Assembly (NCBI GenBank): GCA_004028505.1
Contig: MTKO01000129.1
Span: 30,559 to 54,558 of the forward strand
DNA: 24,000 nucleotides
Direction: 5' to 3'
Source: Candidatus Electrothrix aarhusensis
GTDB taxonomy: Bacteria > Desulfobacterota > Desulfobulbia > Desulfobulbales > Desulfobulbaceae
The position numbers and the translations under genes were made by a program. Below are positions 23,485-24,000 of the stretch, one piece after another (the stretch's first letter is position 1; the number at the start of each line of letters is the position of its first letter). The notes beneath the pieces were generated by a model. It was given only the letters and a program-made list of their open reading frames with translations, had not been told where the DNA came from and searched no databases.

Positions 23485-24000
23485 ATGCAGCATATCGATA
23501 AAAAAAGTCTCAATAACGCCTATCGTCTCTTTGAAACCGGCGATATTGATCAATTTGAAATCGGCACAACAAAAGGCCTGCAACAAATCCATCATTATCT
23601 TTTTCAGGGCCTGTATGATTTTGCCGGAGAAATACGCACAAACAACATCGCAAAAGGAAACTTCAGGTTTGCCAACTCTCTGTACTTGAATGAAATACTG
23701 GTAAAGATCGAGCAAATGTCGGAGGAGACCTTTGAAGAAATAATAGCCAAGTATGTAGAGATGAATATCGCCCATCCTTTCATGGAAGGGAATGGAAGAG
23801 CTATGCGTATTTGGCTGGATATGATCCTGAAAACCCGGCTGAAGAAAGTGGTCAACTGGCAGCTTGTAGACAAAATGCTGTATTTGCAGGCAATGGAAAG
23901 AAGTCCGGTCAATGATCTGGAAATAAGAACCCTCTTATCAGCAAACGTAAACGAGAAGATTAACAACCTGGAAATTATCTTTAAAGGGATAGAGCAATCC
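23485..24000 (+). CDS. fic: Fic-family AMP transferase (class III, NmFic-like), 3' end beyond the window
   Basis: The frame is open from the ATG at 23485 to the window edge (172 codons), so it is absent from the ORF track. It reads [63 protein letters not shown]... and carries the canonical Fic motif [12 protein letters not shown]. Confidence 0.9.
   Translation, partial: MQHIDKKSLNNAYRLFETGDIDQFEIGTTKGLQQIHHYLFQGLYDFAGEIRTNNIAKGNFRFANSLYLNEILVKIEQMSEETFEEIIAKYVEMNIAHPFMEGNGRAMRIWLDMILKTRLKKVVNWQLVDKMLYLQAMERSPVNDLEIRTLLSANVNEKINNLEIIFKGIEQS

Overview
This 24-kb chromosomal segment is roughly 50% GC and is read by eye without database searches. The gene content (PFOR, ferredoxin, a sigma-54 NtrC-type regulator, a Ni/Co ECF uptake operon) suggests an anaerobic, possibly Desulfobacterota-like bacterium, but that is inference only.

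Gene order, left to right:
- A single-polypeptide pyruvate:ferredoxin oxidoreductase on the minus strand. It runs off the left edge and is split by a 1-nt frameshift near 916.
- A HAD phosphatase.
- A minus-strand Ni/Co ECF-type uptake operon in the order cbiM/nikM, nikL-like, nikK-like (DUF4198-type, broken by two 1-nt frameshifts), cbiQ. No ATPase gene is present.
- A small 2x[4Fe-4S] ferredoxin.
- A striking secreted protein with 36 cysteines in six CxxCxxxC-x8-CPxxCxxxxC modules, fused to a Cys-free beta-barrel-like C-terminus.
- A membrane protein of unknown function.
- An orphan sigma-54-dependent response regulator.
- A HAD-IB hydrolase and miaB.
- livG and livM, separated by a 1.9-kb block that is AT-rich over 15043..16440. 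The block holds a PD-(D/E)XK Rpn-like nuclease, a secreted protein, a small ORF and an orphan BrnA/DUF4415-like antitoxin gene.
- A DUF2279-like protein.
- A 351-aa uncharacterised coiled-coil protein.
- xseA.
- An array of 23-bp tandem hairpin repeats.
- An AT-rich 175-aa gene, then a class-III-like Fic gene that runs off the right edge.

No rRNA, tRNA, CRISPR array or transposase-bounded IS element was seen.

Most notable observations:
- The Cys-rich repeat / barrel protein.
- The accessory block wedged inside the liv genes.
- An identical 14-mer in the leaders of PFOR and ferredoxin.
- The tandem hairpin array after xseA.
- Three frame disruptions, each consistent with a one-base change in a short G/C run. 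These could be assembly errors rather than real gene decay.
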